This document shows, piece after piece, positions 29,615-40,264 of a stretch of DNA of 64,000 nt; the first letter of the stretch is position 1; each line of letters starts with the position of its first letter. A program made the translations under genes and the position numbers. Source of the stretch: Terriglobia bacterium. Its GTDB lineage: Bacteria > Acidobacteriota > Terriglobia > JAJPHL01 > JAPKYU01. The stretch is taken from positions 1,248,001 through 1,312,000 of the forward strand of contig CBDBKE010000004.1 of assembly GCA_965206645.1 (NCBI GenBank), written 5' to 3'. Below the pieces are notes generated by a model. The model ran no database searches, was not told the DNA's origin, and was given only the letters and a program-made list of their open reading frames with translations.

Positions 29615-31272
29615 CCGGAATTTCCATTTCGAGCTTCCTCTTCACCCGAAAAGCTATGCCTCGCACCCTGTCGTGTCAACCGCAAACAGCTCTGGCCTCT
29701 TTGAGGTGGTAGTGCGGCACATTTTGGCTGTTCTTCGGAGTCGCTGTGCGGGGTTCGCCTGCCCAGCCTGCCGCGCCGCTGACACTTATCCGGCCCGACC
29801 ACTTCTGAGCACCTAAAATTACCCTCTCTCCCGGTTCGCTAGCCGTCTGGCAGCGGCAGTGCCGAGATCGTTCGCAGCATGCTGCTGAACAGCCTCCGGC
29901 TCAAGTGCCCTTCGGCCAGCAAAAGCCAGTAATATCGCGCATGTTTCACCAGCCGTCCTCCCGTTTTCACCAACCGCTGTTGCAAGCTCGTCAGGGACCA
30001 GTTCCCGATTCTCTGTGGCAGCACCAGTCGCCGCCACAGGTTGCCGAGATTATAGGCAATGATGGTGAGCCACAGCCGGACCTCGTTCGACCGGAACCGG
30101 TGACAACTGAGCCGCGTCATCTTCACTGCTTGCTCTCCTTCTTTGATCCACTGCTCCGCTGTCCCCCGCTTGTTGTAAAACCGCATCACCGCCCGACTTG
30201 GCAGAGTCAAGTTCGTAACGATAAACCCTACTCGCGGGAACAGCTCCCCTGGATGATGCTCCACCTTGGCCACCACCCTGCGGGCTGTCTTCCAACTGGC
30301 CGCTTGGTATAGAAAGCCCTTGAACTCCACCAACGGCTTCTTGCTGGGTCTCCCCACCGGCCGAGTCAGCAACTCCTCAATGTCCCGCTGTAGGCTGTCG
30401 TTAGCCGGGATGCGGATGGCGTACTTTACCTCCCGCTCCTCCAGAGCCTCGTAAATCTCCGGCTTGGCAAAGGCCGCGTCGGCACGAAACACCACTTCCT
30501 TGCCCAGCTGCTGCTGCCGCTCGATCTCCGGCAGGAGAAGTTCTTTCCAGTCCTCGGCGCTGTGCACGTTGCCCGGTCGCAGCTTGGCCGCCAGACAGTC
30601 ACCCTCGCGATTGAACAGCAACAACGGGTGATAGCAGCTCGACTCGAAATGCCCGTTGTAGGCACTCTGCTCCTGCTGGCCGTAGACCGGAATCTCGGTC
30701 GAGTCCATGTCCAGCACCACCCGTTGCGGGGAATCCATAGCTTCCGCCCTGGCGATTAAATCCCGGTTGATCGCTGCCAAACCAGCCAGGTTCTCATCTT
30801 GCGTCAGTAGTTCTGTCTCGAACGATTGCAGCCGGGAAGTCAACGCGGCTCCTCGCTCCCAGATCTTTTCTGAACCGATCAGCCGGAACGTCGGATCTTG
30901 AGAGAGCCGTTCCGCGTCATTCATATCTTCGTAACCCGCCAAGCGGCTGTACACGGACTGGCGCAGGAGGTCAGCAAAGGGCAACCGTGTGTTCTTTCTC
31001 CGAGGATCGGCCAAGTGCTGTTTGATGAGTTCTCCGAATCCCAAATGTTCGTCTGATTCGCGCACGAGGATCAGGCCGCCGTCGGAAGTAACCCGCGACC
31101 CCTGGAAATCGACCTTCAATGCAGCATTGAAAGAGAACTGAAAGGGCTGATTTTGCCTCTCACCCACTCGGTTTCTACCTCCGGAAGCTGTATTGACGCT
31201 GGAACCGGCATAAATATTGGCGTCGGAGGTCAGTATAAGGTTAGCTTTGGAGTTTTAAAACGGAAATCCGGG
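29615..31272 (-). mobile_element. IS1380-family insertion sequence, complete copy 2 (1658 bp)
   Basis: Imperfect terminal IRs CCGGAATTTCCATTT / CCCGGATTTCCGTTT; ends confirmed by copies 1 and 3; no target duplication seen. Confidence 0.93.
29839..31167 (-). CDS. IS1380-family DDE transposase
   Basis: VTSDGG, AGYED.ND, LDMDST, FRADAAF, YNKRG.AEQWIKE. Confidence 0.95.
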   Translation of the reverse strand: MGERQNQPFQFSFNAALKVDFQGSRVTSDGGLILVRESDEHLGFGELIKQHLADPRRKNTRLPFADLLRQSVYSRLAGYEDMNDAERLSQDPTFRLIGSEKIWERGAALTSRLQSFETELLTQDENLAGLAAINRDLIARAEAMDSPQRVVLDMDSTEIPVYGQQEQSAYNGHFESSCYHPLLLFNREGDCLAAKLRPGNVHSAEDWKELLLPEIERQQQLGKEVVFRADAAFAKPEIYEALEEREVKYAIRIPANDSLQRDIEELLTRPVGRPSKKPLVEFKGFLYQAASWKTARRVVAKVEHHPGELFPRVGFIVTNLTLPSRAVMRFYNKRGTAEQWIKEGEQAVKMTRLSCHRFRSNEVRLWLTIIAYNLGNLWRRLVLPQRIGNWSLTSLQQRLVKTGGRLVKHARYYWLLLAEGHLSRRLFSSMLRTISALPLPDG

Positions 31273-31397
31273 ATTAACCCAACTGAGGGCGATGCCGGTG
31301 GTGCCGGCGAGCACCACACACTCATCCCTCAACATATTTGATTCGTTGCGTGCCGCAGGGGGAAGCAGTCGACTCATGGGGTCAGAGGGTTGGGACA

Positions 31398-31484
31398 TGG
31401 TGCGAACGGAGGGAGTTGAACCCTCACCCCGTTTCCAGGACCAGATCCTAAGTCTGGCGCGTCTGCCAATTCCGCCACGTTCGC
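31398..31484 (-). tRNA. tRNA-Leu(TAG)
   Basis: GCGAACGTGGCGGAATTGGCAGACGCGCCAGACTTAGGATCTGG...GGTTCAACTCCCTCCGTTCGCACCA; 87 nt, long variable arm, encoded CCA. Confidence 0.96.
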
Positions 31485-31914
31485 CCGGAAAAGCCACCTT
31501 GGGGCTCAGTTCCTAAGGCCTCCGTGCGGAATTGTATCACGCCCGACGGGCCGAAGCCGGGAGCTGAATTGCCCGCTCTGGCGAACACGCTTTGGTCGCC
31601 GGCCGCGCGTCTTGCCAGGAATGCGCCTTCCCTTTCCGAGCTACATCTCATATAATTAGGGCTTTGAAACAAGCTGGAGCTGGAGTGCTTTTGGATCGAG
31701 CCCACCCCAGCGTTGAGTTGATTTCAGGGATCCGCAGACGACTATAGAATTTCCGCTTCTCTCCCGGCAGTCGGGAGGCAGAAATCTCCGATCAGCCGTC
31801 CAACCCACAATTGGCGTCAAAGATTCGTGATTCGACCGTTGGACCGCCAAGCAATTGGTCTGAAAGAGTTGGACTTCCTACCGTGCCACGCCGCGTCTTT
31901 GAAAATGAGGAGTT

Positions 31915-33177
31915 ATGACCATCGCTGAACTAAAGGAAAAAAGCATTACCGAGTTGACCCGGATTGCGCGCGGCTTGGATTTGCCGGGCGCATCCGGCAT
32001 GCGCAAGCAGGACCTGATCTTTCGCCTCCTGCAGGCCCAGGCGGAAAAGGAAGGGTTGATCTTCGCCGAGGGCGTGTTGGAGATTTTGTCCGAAGGGTTC
32101 GGCTTTCTCCGCAGCCCCGACTACAACTACTTGCCTGGCCCGGACGATATCTACGTTTCGCCCTCGCAGATTCGCCGCTTTGACCTGCGCACCGGTGACA
32201 CCGTCAGCGGCCAGGTCCGCCCCCCGAAGGAGGCGGAAAAGTACTTTGCCTTGGTGAAGATCGAGGCGGTCAACTTCGAGTCGCCCGAAGAGACCCGCAA
32301 CAAGATCTTCTTCGACAACCTGACCCCGCTGTATCCCAACGAGCAGGTCAAGCTGGAAACCACGCGGGAGAACCTCTCCTCGCGGGTGATGGACCTGCTG
32401 ACCCCGCTGGGCAAGGGCCAGCGCGGGTTGATCGTCTCGCCGCCCCGCACCGGCAAGACCATGCTGCTGCAGTCGATCGCCAACTCCATCACCACCAACC
32501 ATCCCGAGATCACCCTGATCGTGCTGCTGATTGACGAGCGGCCCGAGGAGGTCACCGACATGCAGCGCTCGGTCAAGGGCGAGGTCATCAGCTCGACCTT
32601 TGATGAGCCCGCCACTCGCCACGTGCAGGTGACCGAGATGGTGATGGAGAAAGCCAAGCGGCTGGTGGAGCACAAGCGCGACGTGGTGATCCTGCTGGAC
32701 TCCATCACCCGGCTGGCCCGCGCCTACAACACCATCGTGCCCCCCTCGGGCAAGGTGCTGTCGGGCGGCGTGGACTCCAACGCTCTACAGCGCCCCAAGC
32801 GCTTCTTCGGCGCGGCCCGCAACATCGAGGAGGGTGGCTCGCTGACTATCATCGCCACCTCCCTGATCGACACCGGCAGCCGCATGGACGACGTGATCTT
32901 TGAGGAGTTCAAGGGGACCGGCAACATGGAGGTGAACCTGGAGCGCAAGCTGGTGGACAAGCGCGTCTTCCCGGCCATCGACATCAACAAGAGCGGCACC
33001 CGCAAGGAGGAGCTGCTGCTTTCTAAGGACGATCTGAACCGGGTCTGGGTGCTGCGCAAGGTGCTCAACCCCTTGTCCCCGGTCGAGGCCATGGAACTGC
33101 TGCTGGACAAAATGGCCCGTACCAAATCCAACGCCGAGTTCCTGGGCTCCATGTCCAACGCCTCACGAGGGCAGTAG
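31915..33177 (+). CDS. rho: Transcription termination factor Rho
   Basis: [23 protein letters not shown] Walker [17 protein letters not shown]. Confidence 0.98.
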   Translation: MTIAELKEKSITELTRIARGLDLPGASGMRKQDLIFRLLQAQAEKEGLIFAEGVLEILSEGFGFLRSPDYNYLPGPDDIYVSPSQIRRFDLRTGDTVSGQVRPPKEAEKYFALVKIEAVNFESPEETRNKIFFDNLTPLYPNEQVKLETTRENLSSRVMDLLTPLGKGQRGLIVSPPRTGKTMLLQSIANSITTNHPEITLIVLLIDERPEEVTDMQRSVKGEVISSTFDEPATRHVQVTEMVMEKAKRLVEHKRDVVILLDSITRLARAYNTIVPPSGKVLSGGVDSNALQRPKRFFGAARNIEEGGSLTIIATSLIDTGSRMDDVIFEEFKGTGNMEVNLERKLVDKRVFPAIDINKSGTRKEELLLSKDDLNRVWVLRKVLNPLSPVEAMELLLDKMARTKSNAEFLGSMSNASRGQ

Positions 33178-33213
33178 GCGGTAGGCAGCCGGCAGTCAGA
33201 ACAGTCCCTCTAA

Positions 33214-34260
33214 CTACTGCCAGCTGGACCGTCGCCCCAGCTTGCGCATGGCGGGGCTCGCTGCTTCCAGCAACGCCATACGGACTTCTTCCGCCCCGGG
33301 TGCTGCGGTTCCGACATGAGCCACGGCCCAGCTGGCGGCGCAGTTGGCGATGCGGGCCGCGTCCGCCATGCTGGCTCCGGCAGCATAGGCCAGCGCCAGT
33401 GCAGCGATCACTGTGTCCCCTGCCCCGGTTACGTCATAGACCTCCCGGGCCTGGGCGGTGATGACGTGCACGCCCCCGCCCCGTTCGAACAGGGTCATGC
33501 CGCGCTCTCCCTGAGTGATCAATACGTAAGGGCAGCCCAACGTTTCCAGCAAACGTTCCCCAGCCCTCCTCAATAAGCCTTCTGTGCTGATCTGCACGCC
33601 CGCCATCTGCTCCGCTTCACTTTCGTTGGGGGTAATGACGGTCAGGGGCCGGTAGCTGAGCGGATGGCGAGGGCGGGGGTCCAGAAACACCGGCACCCCG
33701 TCTGATTCCAGGGCCGGCAGCACCTCCCCCAGCAGTTCCGGCGTGAGGGTGCCCTTATCGTAGTCAGACACGATCACGGCATGGAAGCTGGCAGCCTCGC
33801 GCAGCAAGCGCCGACCCAGGCGTCGCAACAGTGCAGGAGAGGCCGGGCTGCTGGTTTCGCGGTCGGAGCGCACCAACTGGTGCTTGCGGGCCACTTCAAT
33901 GAGGCGCGTCTTGACCGTGGTGTGGCGGCTGGCATCGGCCAGCAGACCTGTGGTGGGCACGCCCATTTTCCGCAGCAACGCGCGCACCCGCGTGCCTGCT
34001 TCGTCCCTCCCCAGAATGCCGAAGGGGACCGCACGGCCGCCCAGCGCCACGATGTTGGCCACCACGTTGCCCGCCCCACCCGGTGAGGCGGTCTGCTCGC
34101 TCACCTCCAGCACCGGGACGGGCGCCTCCGGGGAAACACGCGATACCCGCCCCCAGATAAACTCATCCAGCATGTAATCGCCCAGCACGCCGATTCGCCG
34201 CCCAGGAAACTGGGACAGGAATCGTGCCAAGCGTCTGGCATCGCTGATGGCGCGCTTCAT
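33214..34260 (-). CDS. rfaE1: D-glycero-D-manno-heptose-7-phosphate kinase (HldE domain I)
   Basis: GD.MLD, R.SPEAPVPV, GGAGNV, SDYDKG, DVTGAGD. Confidence 0.9.
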   Translation of the reverse strand: MKRAISDARRLARFLSQFPGRRIGVLGDYMLDEFIWGRVSRVSPEAPVPVLEVSEQTASPGGAGNVVANIVALGGRAVPFGILGRDEAGTRVRALLRKMGVPTTGLLADASRHTTVKTRLIEVARKHQLVRSDRETSSPASPALLRRLGRRLLREAASFHAVIVSDYDKGTLTPELLGEVLPALESDGVPVFLDPRPRHPLSYRPLTVITPNESEAEQMAGVQISTEGLLRRAGERLLETLGCPYVLITQGERGMTLFERGGGVHVITAQAREVYDVTGAGDTVIAALALAYAAGASMADAARIANCAASWAVAHVGTAAPGAEEVRMALLEAASPAMRKLGRRSSWQ

Positions 34261-34488
34261 CAGGATGGCATTCTAGCAGGCACTCGAACACTCGGACACT
34301 ACGCTTTCGGCCACCGTGATTCCGGGGAGGCGAGACTGAGCACAGCAGAGGGGAAACCCAGATGGAGGTCCAATCCGTCAATAGCCGCCAGCCGGAGTAC
34401 AAGGGGTTTCCAACCGGCGCTTCTGGGGTCTAATATATGCGGGGCAGCAGATTGGCAGGGAACGTCGTCGTGCCCCTCTGGAGGATCT

Positions 34489-36522
34489 ATGGCTCAAGCG
34501 AGACCCGCGGTGAAGTCGGAAAGCGACCACGGCATAATCCCCAACAAGATGGTGATTGAGCTGTATCGCAAGATGATCACCGTCTTCTACATCGAGGAGC
34601 GGATGAAGATCTTCACGCGGCAGGGCAAGTGCACTTTCCTGGCCTCCACTCGCGGTCACGAGAAGCTGCAAGTGGGCATCGTCATGCTGATGCGGCCGCA
34701 GCACGACTGGTTCTTCACCTACTACCGGGAGAAGGCGATCGCGGTGGCGCTGGGGATGCCCATCAAGGACATCTTCCTTTGCATGCTGTCGCGGGCGGGC
34801 GATCCGAATTCCGGCGCCCGCAACATGCCCGAACATTTCTCCTCGCGAGAATTAAATCTGGTGTCGATGACCGCCTGCACAGGGACGCAATACTTGAACG
34901 CCGTCGGCGCCGCGAAGGCCCTGCGCCACCAGGGCTCCGATGCCGTTGTCTACGTGTCTTCGGGTGAGGGCACGACTAGCGAAGGGGAATTCTTTGAGGC
35001 GTTGAACTGGGCAGCGCGCGAGAAGCTGCCGGTGCTGTTTGTCATCCAGAACAACGGCTACGCCATCAGCGTCTCCTCCGCCACCCAGCACGTGGCTGAA
35101 ATGCACCGGATTGCTCGCGGCTTCGGCATGCCTACCTACGATCTGGACGGCACCTGGTACGAGCCAATGTATCAGACCCTGCCGCCTGTGCTGGAGCGCA
35201 TCCGCAAGGGCCAGGGACCGGCTCTGATCGAGGGCGAGGTGATTCGCATCGACCCGCATTCCTCCTCCGATGACCAAAAGAAGTACCGCTCCGCGGAGGA
35301 GATAAGCGAGGCGGTCGAGCGCGATCCGATCGTGCAAACGGAGAGATACCTGGTCAAGCGAAAGATCTTTACCCAGCAGCAACTGCAGGAAATCCGCTCC
35401 GAAATTGAGGTGGAAGTGAAGCAGGCTGCTGAAGAAGCCGACCAGGCGCCGGAACCTGACCCGGCCATCGCGACCCTCCACATCTACGATACACCGGGCC
35501 CGTTTTTCGAAGAGAAACCACCGCGCTACCTCTCCGACCAGTCGGTGAGCATGATAGATGCCATCAACCACGCGCTGCACGAAGAAACCGAGCGCAACCC
35601 GAAGATCGTCATGTGGGGCGAGGACATTGCCGACCCCAAAGGCGGCGTCTTCGGCGTGACGAAAGGCCTGTCCACGAAGCATCCAGATCGAGTCCAGAAT
35701 TCGGCGCTGGCCGAGGCCAGCATCTGTGGCATCGCCGCCGGGGCGGCGATCGCCGGCTATAAGCCCATCGTCGAAATCCAGTTTGCCGACTACATCTGGC
35801 CGGGCTTCCTGCAACTTCGCGACGAAATTCCCACCGTCCGCTGGCGCAGCGATAATGCATGGACCTGTCCGGTGGTCGTCCGGGTGGCCTGCGGCGGCTA
35901 CATCAAGGGTGGGCCATGGCACTCCACCAATATTGAGGCCATTTTCGCCCATACCCCGGGGTGGTACGTCGTGTACCCGAGCTGCGCTGAGGACGCCAAG
36001 GGCCTGCTGAAAACAGCCGCCCGCTCGAACGACCCGGTGCTGTTCCTCGAGCACAAAGGACTCTACCGGCGCATGCAGGCCCGGACGCCGGAGCCCGACG
36101 CCGATTACCTGATCCCCTTCGGCAAGGCGCGCATTCGACGTCCAGGCAGCGACCTGACCGTCATCACTTGGGGGAGCACCGTCTACCTGGCGCTGGAAGT
36201 GGCTGAACTTGTGGCCGCGCAAGGCAAGTCGATCGAGGTTATTGACCTGCGAACCATCATTCCCTGGGACCAGGAAGCAGTTTACGCCAGCGTGCGGAAA
36301 ACCAACCGCTTGCTGGTGGCGCACGAGGACTCCCTCACCATGGGTTTCGGAGCGGAGGTGGCAGCACGGGTGGCCGAAAACTGTTTCCACAGTTTGGACG
36401 CGCCGGTGATGCGTGTGGGGGCCGAGGATTCTTTTGTGCCCTCGGCAGCCACGATGGAAGCTGAGGTGTTGCCCTCGGCAGCTGACGTCCAGGCCGCCGT
36501 TGAAAAACTGCTGGCGCATTGA
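34489..36522 (+). CDS. Fused E1 alpha/beta 2-oxoacid (branched-chain-type) dehydrogenase
   Basis: ThDP motif GEG...NN, HSSSDD, GEDI, EIQFADY, FLEHK. Confidence 0.93.
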   Translation: MAQARPAVKSESDHGIIPNKMVIELYRKMITVFYIEERMKIFTRQGKCTFLASTRGHEKLQVGIVMLMRPQHDWFFTYYREKAIAVALGMPIKDIFLCMLSRAGDPNSGARNMPEHFSSRELNLVSMTACTGTQYLNAVGAAKALRHQGSDAVVYVSSGEGTTSEGEFFEALNWAAREKLPVLFVIQNNGYAISVSSATQHVAEMHRIARGFGMPTYDLDGTWYEPMYQTLPPVLERIRKGQGPALIEGEVIRIDPHSSSDDQKKYRSAEEISEAVERDPIVQTERYLVKRKIFTQQQLQEIRSEIEVEVKQAAEEADQAPEPDPAIATLHIYDTPGPFFEEKPPRYLSDQSVSMIDAINHALHEETERNPKIVMWGEDIADPKGGVFGVTKGLSTKHPDRVQNSALAEASICGIAAGAAIAGYKPIVEIQFADYIWPGFLQLRDEIPTVRWRSDNAWTCPVVVRVACGGYIKGGPWHSTNIEAIFAHTPGWYVVYPSCAEDAKGLLKTAARSNDPVLFLEHKGLYRRMQARTPEPDADYLIPFGKARIRRPGSDLTVITWGSTVYLALEVAELVAAQGKSIEVIDLRTIIPWDQEAVYASVRKTNRLLVAHEDSLTMGFGAEVAARVAENCFHSLDAPVMRVGAEDSFVPSAATMEAEVLPSAADVQAAVEKLLAH

Positions 36523-37196
36523 GCGCGCCTGCACAGGTTGGAAGACACTCCGATAAAAGGTCGGAATTGCCGGTGGCACAAAATTCCTTTGGGCTAAACC
36601 GCGAAGAATACTCTCTGTTGCGGAGCCTGAAGACGCCGTCGCGCGTTCAGGAGTTTCTGGAGTTCCAGGTCCATTACAACAAGGAGAGCGGCGGGCCCAC
36701 CTGCCGCTCGCCTCGCCGGGTGTTGCGCGACCGCCTGGCGCAGTGCTTCGAAGGAGCCCTGTTCGCCGCTGGTGCTCTGCGCGTCCTGGGCTTTTCGCCG
36801 CTGCTGCTGGACCTGGAAGCGGTGCGAGACGACGACCACGTCCTGGCGCTGTTCCGGCACCGCGGTTGCTGGGGCGCCGTGGGCAAGTCCAATTACGCCG
36901 GACTGCGGTTCCGCGAGCCGGTTTATCGCGCTCTGCGCGAACTGGCGATCTCCTACTTCGAGCACTATTACAACCTCAAGGGGGAGAAAACGCTGCGCAC
37001 CTTTTCCACCCGGCCCGTGAATCTGGCGCGCTTTGATCGCATCTCGTGGATGACCACCGAGCAGGATCTGTGGATCATCGGTGATCACCTGGGCCAGGTC
37101 TCCCACAGCCCGCTGCTGAGGCCGGCCATGATTCGCGGGCTGTCGCGCCTGGACCGAAGATCGTTTCGGGCGGGCCTGACGGGCACCGTCAAGTAA
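36519..37196 (+). CDS. Conserved protein, transglutaminase/vasohibin-like Cys-His motifs
   Basis: CFEGA, DDDHV, WGAVGKSN; start position uncertain. Confidence 0.6.
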   Translation: MSAPAQVGRHSDKRSELPVAQNSFGLNREEYSLLRSLKTPSRVQEFLEFQVHYNKESGGPTCRSPRRVLRDRLAQCFEGALFAAGALRVLGFSPLLLDLEAVRDDDHVLALFRHRGCWGAVGKSNYAGLRFREPVYRALRELAISYFEHYYNLKGEKTLRTFSTRPVNLARFDRISWMTTEQDLWIIGDHLGQVSHSPLLRPAMIRGLSRLDRRSFRAGLTGTVK

Positions 37197-37304
37197 TCTA
37201 GATGCGGCAGCCATCGTCACCCACCAGCGGCAATTGGCGCAATTGCCTTAGCACAGCGGTTTTGCTCAACATGCATCAATTTTTACTAAGCGGAAGCTAA
37301 CCAA

Positions 37305-38354
37305 ATGACGGAGAAGGGAAAAACCATGACCAAACCATTGAACCTCGCAACTGGGACTATCAGCAAGATCGGCACGATAGGCTTAATCCTCCTACTGATC
37401 GTATTGGCATTACCCTTGGTTGCCCAAGAGCAAAGGAGCCTTCGGGGACCAGAAGGCTTCATCCCGCCGCCGATCCATCCGGCCGGCGCAGAACTTGAAA
37501 CAAAACTGCTGGCACCGGGCGTCTACGGCCTGCTCTCGACCAAACCGTTCGTGGATAACAGTGGGTTCATCGTTGGGGAACGGGGCGTGTTAGTGATTGA
37601 TGCCCACATCAACAGGGAGATGGCAGGGAAGATCCAGGCGGCAGTCCGCCACGTGACCGACAAGCCGATTCTTTATCTGGTCAACACCAACTACCACGGC
37701 GACCACACCTTCGGGAACTACGCCTTCCCCGACAACACGGTGATCGTGGCCCATCGCGAGACGGCCGAGCGTATGCGCAACTTCGAGGAAGAACAACAGT
37801 TCCTGTTGGCCACTGTAAACAACGATCCAACGGTCTACGCCGACGCGCGCTTGCGTTTGCCCGCTGTGGTCTTTGACGACTACCTGCGGCTCGACTTGGG
37901 CGGCCGCGAAGTGGAACTCTATCACTTCGGCCATGGCAACACACCGGGCGATACCGTGATCTACGTCCCGGAAGCGCGAGTTGCTTGGACCGGCAACCTA
38001 GTGGTGGGCGAAGGAATCATCCCTTTCTTGCTTGAGGGTAAACCGCGCGCCTACCTGCAAACCATTGCCCGCTTTGCTGAGACTCTCGCGGTCGAGCGCA
38101 TTATTCCCGGCCATGGCGCTCCCACCTCCGGTCGGATTCTCGGACGTTACCTGAGCTATCTGACCGAACTTCTCCAGTCGGTGCAAGACGCTGTACAGGC
38201 CGGGCAAAGCCTCAAGCAAACGCTGGCTGGTCTGCCACTGGAAGCGAAGTACCGCCCGCCGGCCGATGCAGGTCTGGCACAAGTCGATCGCCTACTCGCA
38301 GGTTTTCACCTCTGGAACGTGCAGAAAACCTACGCCGAATTCGATCAGCGCTAA
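37305..38354 (+). CDS. Secreted metallo-beta-lactamase-fold hydrolase (cyclase-like)
   Basis: Signal peptide; NSG, NTNYHGDH, IPGHG. Confidence 0.87.
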   Translation: MTEKGKTMTKPLNLATGTISKIGTIGLILLLIVLALPLVAQEQRSLRGPEGFIPPPIHPAGAELETKLLAPGVYGLLSTKPFVDNSGFIVGERGVLVIDAHINREMAGKIQAAVRHVTDKPILYLVNTNYHGDHTFGNYAFPDNTVIVAHRETAERMRNFEEEQQFLLATVNNDPTVYADARLRLPAVVFDDYLRLDLGGREVELYHFGHGNTPGDTVIYVPEARVAWTGNLVVGEGIIPFLLEGKPRAYLQTIARFAETLAVERIIPGHGAPTSGRILGRYLSYLTELLQSVQDAVQAGQSLKQTLAGLPLEAKYRPPADAGLAQVDRLLAGFHLWNVQKTYAEFDQR

Positions 38355-38454
38355 TCGCGCTTAACCACTTGCCGCTGTGAAAGTACAGGCAGTCTTGACT
38401 CCGGGCCGCGACCGTCAGAGAGCGGTCGCCAGAGCAGAATTCAGGAGGGAGCTT

Positions 38455-38877
38455 ATGATTCGACAGACGCCGAAACTGACGCACAAGGGGTCGCGGGCCA
38501 TCGTCGAGGCAGCGGAAGCCAAAGCCCGCCAAATCGGAGTCCCGCAGTGCATCGCCGTGGTGGATGAAGGCGGTCACCTGCTGGCCTTTTCCCGCATGGA
38601 CGGCGGCAAGATCTCCTCGGTGCGGGTGGCCCTTACCAAGGCCGTCTCGGCAGCGACGCGACGCTCGCCCACCGGGCCCATGCCCAGCGCCCAGGACGCC
38701 AGCGTGCTGCTGTCCATCGGTCTGCCCCTGGCCACTGGCGGCAGCATCACCCCGATCCGCGGTGGGCTGCCCATTGTGGTGGATGGCCAGGTGGTGGGCG
38801 GCATCGGCGTCAGCAGCGGCACCGAGGAGCAGGACGTGGAGTGCGCGGAGGCCGGCCTCGCCGCCCTAAAAGGCTGA
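38455..38877 (+). CDS. GlcG/HbpS-family heme-binding protein
   Basis: IAVVD.GG, RMDG, KA, GG.P, GGIGVS, EQD; GGAGG RBS. Confidence 0.9.
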   Translation: MIRQTPKLTHKGSRAIVEAAEAKARQIGVPQCIAVVDEGGHLLAFSRMDGGKISSVRVALTKAVSAATRRSPTGPMPSAQDASVLLSIGLPLATGGSITPIRGGLPIVVDGQVVGGIGVSSGTEEQDVECAEAGLAALKG

Positions 38878-38963
38878 ACCCGCCACCAGCCCCGCCCGGC
38901 GATCAGCACGGGTTGCGGAACTTTCTCAGTTCACGGATTCCCTGCGACCGCCCAGTGTGAGGT

Positions 38964-39347
38964 TTACTGCTGGGGTGTCAGCCAAGCCACCTGGTACGGT
39001 TCGAGCCTGCAGCGGAGGAAACCCTTCTCCGGCTGAGTACTCTCCCCACTGATAACATCCTTCCAGGCAGGACTCTTGCGGGGCAGGTCCGACTCGGGAA
39101 TCGCCACCTCCTCGATTCGGCCGGTGACGTTAGTCAAGGAAAGAACCAGGGAGCTTCGATCCGGCGACTGGCGGACCACGGCAAAGACGGATTCACTGGG
39201 CATCAGAACCTGCTGCGGCCCGTTTGGATGAAAGGCCCGGCAGCCAACCCGTTGTTCCGCCAGTTCACCAAAGCGCAACATGATCTTGTAGGGGAGAGAA
39301 GTCGAATCGCTCATGCTGGCAAAAAGACCCTCTTCCTCCATTGGCCG
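38964..39347 (-). pseudogene. C-terminal remnant of a GH13 sucrose/glucosylglycerate phosphorylase-like gene
   Basis: AFHPNG.Q.VL, VFAVVR, LTNVT, LEPYQVAWL; cut by the IS3 end at 39348. Confidence 0.7.
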
Positions 39348-39385
39348 TGACCAGACCGATTTTTTGTACCAACCGTAGTGAGAGT

Positions 39386-40264
39386 TTACATCGCAGCCTG
39401 GGGCTGTGAAACTGGTTTCAGTGGCAGGGGAGGGCTATAGGCCCCCGGCGCCGGGGGCCTATAGCCGAGCGCCGAGTGCGGCCGCACCGTGTTGTATTGC
39501 ACCCTCCACTGTTCAATCACCACCTGTGCCTCCTTCAACGAGTAGAAGATCTCTCCATTCAGGCATTCGTCCCGCAGCTTCCCATTGAAACTCTCGCAGT
39601 ACCCGTTCTCCCAGGGACTGCCCGGTTCGATGTACAGTGTCCCGGTCCCTAGATTTGCCAACCACTGGCGCAGTTGTTTGGCGATGAACTCGGGACCATT
39701 GTCGGATCGAATCTGTTCCGGTATCCCTCGCCACAACATCACGTCCGACAACGCCTCAATGATTTGTTGGCTGCCCATCCTCCGCTCCACCCGGATCGCC
39801 AGGCATTCCCGCGTGTACTCATCCAGCAAGGTCAGCAGCCGCAGCGTTTTCCCCTCGTGCGTTCTGGCACTCATGAAGTCGTAGCTCCACACGTGGTTCG
39901 GTCGCTCCGGCCTCAGTCGTACACAGGAACCGTCGTTCAGCCACAGCCGTCCTCGCGGCCTTTGTTTTTGCGGCACTTTCAGCCCTTCCCGCCGCCAAAT
40001 CCGCTGCACCCGGTCCTTGCCCACTTCCCAGCCCGCACTCCGCAGCAACGCTGTGATCCTCCGGTAGCCATATCGCCCGTAGTTCGCTCCCAGGGCAATG
40101 ATCGCTCGGGTCAGAGCATCCTCGTCCACCCGATGAATCGGCTCGTATCGTTGTGTCCCTCGCCATTGCCCCAGCAGCCGGCAGGCATGCCGTTCCGACA
40201 ACCCGTGTTGCTCCCACGCACGCTCCACCGCACAACGCCGCCGCTCAGGGCTCAGAAGTTTCCC
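39386..40264 (-). CDS. IS3 OrfB integrase core (expressed as an OrfAB fusion)
   Basis: YGYRR, WSYDF, RSDNGPEF, PGSPWENG..ESFNG; slippery G-GGA-AAC at 40258..40264. Confidence 0.9.
   Translation of the reverse strand, partial: GKLLSPERRRCAVERAWEQHGLSERHACRLLGQWRGTQRYEPIHRVDEDALTRAIIALGANYGRYGYRRITALLRSAGWEVGKDRVQRIWRREGLKVPQKQRPRGRLWLNDGSCVRLRPERPNHVWSYDFMSARTHEGKTLRLLTLLDEYTRECLAIRVERRMGSQQIIEALSDVMLWRGIPEQIRSDNGPEFIAKQLRQWLANLGTGTLYIEPGSPWENGYCESFNGKLRDECLNGEIFYSLKEAQVVIEQWRVQYNTVRPHSALGYRPPAPGAYSPPLPLKPVSQPQAAM

Noticed and set aside
29602-30037. Small ORFs or a guide-like RNA in the 224-bp IS1380 3' region (repeated at 40644..41066)
   Set aside because: They recur only because the IS is repeated; I see no motif or convincing structure
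33170-33221. Heptamer repeats (GGCAGTA-like) between convergent rho and rfaE1
   Set aside because: Four short degenerate units of a common intergenic type; no evidence of a specific function
34852-36579. 575-aa antisense ORF (and similar long shadow ORFs such as 22389..23210, 41834..42913, 57437..58651)
   Set aside because: They overlap well-supported genes, lack motifs, and are expected in GC-rich DNA with biased codon usage
37229-37247. Palindrome GGCAATTG-GCG-CAATTGCC as a terminator or sigma54 site
   Set aside because: No U-tract and wrong -24/-12 spacing; it could be an operator, but nothing else supports that
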